This document shows, one piece after another, positions 63,301 through 64,000 of a stretch of DNA of 64,000 nt (the first letter of the stretch is position 1; every line of letters starts with the position of its first letter). The notes under the pieces were generated by a model. That model saw only the letters and a program-made list of their open reading frames with translations. It did not search any database and was not told where the DNA came from. The DNA comes from Rhizaria sp. SCN 62-66. Taxonomy: Eukaryota. Position numbers and translations under genes: made by a program. The stretch spans positions 1 to 64,000 of the forward strand of contig MEDY01000124.1 in NCBI GenBank assembly GCA_001724265.1, read 5' to 3'.

Positions 63301-63865
63301 GACGGAGGCCCTGCGCACGCGCGGCCGGTCCAGCGCTAGCAAGAAGTTAGCCCGCGTGGAGCTGGAGACGGCGGCGGAGCGCGAGAAGGCCGAGATGAAG
63401 AAGTACAAGAAGGTTGCGCTCGCGCGCGCGCTGCGGCACGATAGCCGTGCGTTTGACGCGCTGGTCAAGCAGCAGGCCGCCAAGGAAAACGAGCTGCTGG
63501 GCGAGGGCTTCGACGCGACCGAGACGGTGCGCGCGCGCCTCGCAGTGACGCTGCACAACAGCGGCCAGGCTGTCGGCGCGAGCGCGAAGCAGGTCCGCGA
63601 CAGCGCCAAGAAGGGCCGCAGCGACAAGGTGATGACCGCGGAGCTCCGCACGAGCAGCAGCGGCAACGGCGGCGGCAGCGGCGGCGGCGATGGGGAGAGC
63701 TTCGGCATGGACGGCCACGATGACGCGGAGAAGGTGATGCGCGCGCACACGTACGAGGGCTCGGCTGAGGCCAACGAGGCGCGGGTGAAGCTTGGCGAGC
63801 GCGTGACGGGCATGGTCGGGCAGCGCGCGAATGCGACTGTTAAGTCGCTGCGTGAGAGCAAGTAA
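54371..63865 (+). CDS. rsgA: Giant RsgA/YjeQ-family circularly permuted GTPase with mitochondrial-type presequence, ~3164 aa
   Basis: OB-fold remnants (GRVVG at ~58859, CGDYVLF, GVVKVVFKRLNELKR), AANADHVVV, LDRFI, G4 NKVD (59762), G5 SATTGQG, G1 GPSGAGKS (60212), G2 GQHTTT, G3 DTPG (60362), Zn site CRLGNKCTHVREPGC (60605), terminal helix RYESY (63257). Stop TAA. Confidence 0.85.
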   Translation: MQHRARHLAGALRAAVPAAPALPSSALQSPALASTAGQSRAMSSSSSSSFSSSSSGRGASPRKGSSARMPPTSSADIAQRQFRRPETSVLGRSGGSLNSTTPAEPEGAGESEEEADPALALVQRYLAAGDVAGAEAALAMAVRSTEDRLGLDYVGGAGTPATDAKANTNVHHSLQQQQKQTAKPAKPATTKLSQTAAGANAAKPPVTLTSLMQAAQRAERRGGALAAPVPTQAQLRAEHAAQGERLARGEDFAREQTLHFAALGQRAAMGTEEALRAAARRRAGLPAEEDVDDDIDDDVDDEVDYDENDDVEDGAYDSDGRAGSGSGYDSALDSGADAELGSGVDSAAESGGLMSGYDSDARAADSEVLTRIAEAGRAGRLGKDAEWFDPRRPDALARKREKDAAATANTSASAARRGEVEEDDDVDADASGRESWFDSAMQAASGTEGEQQRSQQQQREQSDAEWQAHARAAMWHKAGSPPSQSPAHPAQLSRPEQAAAAVAATARATGTTVTAPPGEPAFAWPPPRRSLGLSRLMASARPLPSTASAVSGAEGTGASGAGSMSGVAALRQLPTAAARAGVRGATAALEAAMADMAAELAAARTAAAAAAAEAAATGAPAAAPSTAAIARAHAVAAALTELCAGLVADGAADSGLPPPRRAAAAAAGLSLDPAELVREFQAHRGARLEHEVALGADTDGDNGGESVAATVEAVRAPALSAPALPFEPFAPSFARSDSAAALTASAVAAAAPTPRAALLAMSPAAAASALRDDPALLTMLRMLDTAAANEALGAAKGKGARSDKDAAAAAGTQVAVLRALRSVLPATFSRVVATMGARGGRAMARMMQASESAAAAAARRGAAAPDAAAAAKEGARATAALASELRNIAASEGATGAQLPPEVARALGVATPDAEVSPSLTGDSQAHAQTLESDEAAAVRRVAALMATDRDGIVVDLATEERRLALMAVEGLSPAAAAARAINDVHGADSASAADASADGGEVVDEYGVTKEQRQLQAALVQYENMLRRRVMLLEAEKEAQATGAPLIDDLRTLASRIAAVRADVKDRPEDSSLLRRANELYKQLAFVQQTKRTNPTLYYWRKFLANIPRSARADAMAAHELPNNPIAWAIETGEQEAARRAALAAGVPDEESAARQDETDKPRLTPEIVKDALTRLVRLRRDTAALEARIERSVAAGDAAAKLAKREGRPPARAQRESGGTSAAEVELTEHMRFLWSLRADCELATAAIERDTRAEQRALRMREVQRELKLLAGSQVTDAERRVDELQELTRTAMLGRKALRFNVTELAEERDEAAMHGGHVEALVAPSKFRQRANKTVAAGAAGATVAFVDPLLALALAGDDPAAAAAATAGQADAFGSTAGRAMPGSVQEALQLQARAVLASPTAAAASAETAAAAAAAASALPRSEVAHLKAQEALARAAEAEARRTVITAAAQEHILRAAQQEQQAGAPTTAARAKLTLREVAPAAARLLFGRVVGAHGARVLVEQVGTRAYAKHAMYYAGTPVERLLRAVAPRAEDEGEEAAAAAEAVARALDLPGATAAARNADNDGEMAAADAVLGNRLKTSQPTNDADAEADAVAEALEQGASAGAVKAGRRWEAAQRRNNNNIKSQTADAENDEDVDDDNDEELDTDADSATESAVSTYKAGARPLWQCTKSRHMQLLCGDYVLFDPHAARAWSQSAATTAAAVTALGAAADGVVKVVFKRLNELKRGLAVKKRGTVLSQPASSMAANADHVVVLCAAEGQPPLSPFLLDRFIAIGQQANVPVTIVYNKVDLLDTVAAAAEDFEREQARARLLREKKVKNHKLRRQMQREDADADVAVEDDAQLENDGEEEEEWDEEQWEAAEAEDAAQRRLARWVRKRGKESTNGRRTAYLPAEVDALLAAYEQLGHRVIRTSATTGQGVDELRGVLDRFHTSLLLGPSGAGKSSLLNLLLPDTQLRVNRLTVSGQGQHTTTAANLYRLPSGAAIVDTPGSQGFLPDLLNAGMLGVPGGAAGGEAAASTLQPGAPATAGSVSMAGPASSALVDAQALVASVAGLGRLFPEISRASAFCRLGNKCTHVREPGCAVKELVGVGADHKAVTVFDLYRMDKQSNVYVAKFWQDLRSGALRPLASLASPDPVLVFAAKWYRDWDAGLASSPAHKPLDTHSPAELKVMGQLAAATEAGRKLGSAANPGSDKRGARGDVAPPRAAAAMRTAPVEADSEQAMALAGVPLGASAEDAMFAKDDEKILTEQMSPSPQRFAQAAAADAADAAAAAGKPDPYEGSSLRSRLLDESVLAAQRGDAPGADAQDKAAPPLGVTSPEVVRELLERRARRVARDVAEMEFDRDLSAAEAALDRIERAEERKKRAAVRSTAGIRGDRDIEADEALAEAEAEAEAEAEAAAKSKAHGGEVEASEEQPPKSSMARLFADMGRAPSTLVRMPGIPAKYYAQQREAQAAVDIMNSNLNGDHDDADGGDSLSPSGGRRITPEATAEVAYAARRSPAAAAAAGVSVDRMRLADRAADGRVVVRPVHSKFDRLLWEKLWAAAASGAKPGKQAGSNTIAVLAPANTSPTRDADAAADSAASAGSRGGALDAAAELGFSATGRMMRAMDRARQRASEAGGDGADAGVVVAGVSLDAYLAGKRAADGETVVLPSLAALARAGYATAADTAADGGAAKPGKGKSTPLSALPIADPDDDDFDANFTAGGRGRTKRERRLAAQQAQRDQRMRALRAELDRVAADVEAQPAPVTPAAAAAEPVSAPRAVTKTFTPSATAALRATVAGVVPLRPPTALPTTHALPVTLHAALPALGGLKLPTAMRLPSAAALPVVVAAAAPPKPTAGAAAVKVGEFEVEESETEMHDESPFWRMPRVAPLQPHLKRAPAPAAVATEIGRESERDMSGVHIFDYTSESATNADEDAAAQSKAELSMLSGQRVPAGAARGLMIAPSRYESYVRLRGILAATTEALRTRGRSSASKKLARVELETAAEREKAEMKKYKKVALARALRHDSRAFDALVKQQAAKENELLGEGFDATETVRARLAVTLHNSGQAVGASAKQVRDSAKKGRSDKVMTAELRTSSSGNGGGSGGGDGESFGMDGHDDAEKVMRAHTYEGSAEANEARVKLGERVTGMVGQRANATVKSLRESK

Positions 63866-64000
63866 GCAAGTAAGCAAGCGAGCAAGCAATGAATGATGCA
63901 TGTGAGTGATCACACGCCTGACTGGTAACCAAAGCCACATGCTCACGCGACGACATGCTGTTTGGCGACAATTAAACGCACGTATTTATTATAACTATTC

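Noticed and set aside
32606-63865. Bacterial origin or contamination suggested by AspRS, RsgA and VOC genes
   Set aside because: They carry presequence-like N-termini, share codon style with their neighbours, and are interleaved with intron-containing eukaryote-specific genes.
63863-63890. TAAGCAAG TAAGCAAG short direct repeat at the RsgA stop
   Set aside because: A simple AAGC-type slippage repeat in the 3' UTR. The second TAA is out of frame, so it is not a tandem stop.

Overview
Gene-dense nuclear DNA from a eukaryote, probably an aerobic protist; the taxon cannot be determined from this window. Exons are very GC-rich, while spacers (about 290-700 bp) and the 11 reconstructed GT-AG introns (mostly GTRCGT donors) are AT-richer. 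I reconstruct 17 protein-coding genes: a divergent APC2, NOP14, REI1/ZNF622, mitochondrial-type AspRS, a giant (~3160 aa) RsgA-family GTPase, an SLC25 carrier, a VOC/methylmalonyl-CoA-epimerase-like protein, a tandem-RING protein, a 2OG-Fe(II) oxygenase-like protein, a LEA_2-like membrane protein and several low-complexity hypotheticals. Main result: the genome appears to use a non-standard nuclear code in which UAG is a sense codon (most likely Gln) while UAA and UGA remain stops. Fourteen in-frame TAGs interrupt four otherwise continuous genes, and two of them split one enzyme fold. No internal TAA or TGA and no frameshift was seen, and none of the 13 uninterrupted genes ends in TAG. Second result: all 17 genes alternate strand perfectly, forming 8 head-to-head pairs. 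Conserved proteins are also heavily inflated by Ala-rich insertions. All family assignments come from motif recognition by eye; no database searches were run.
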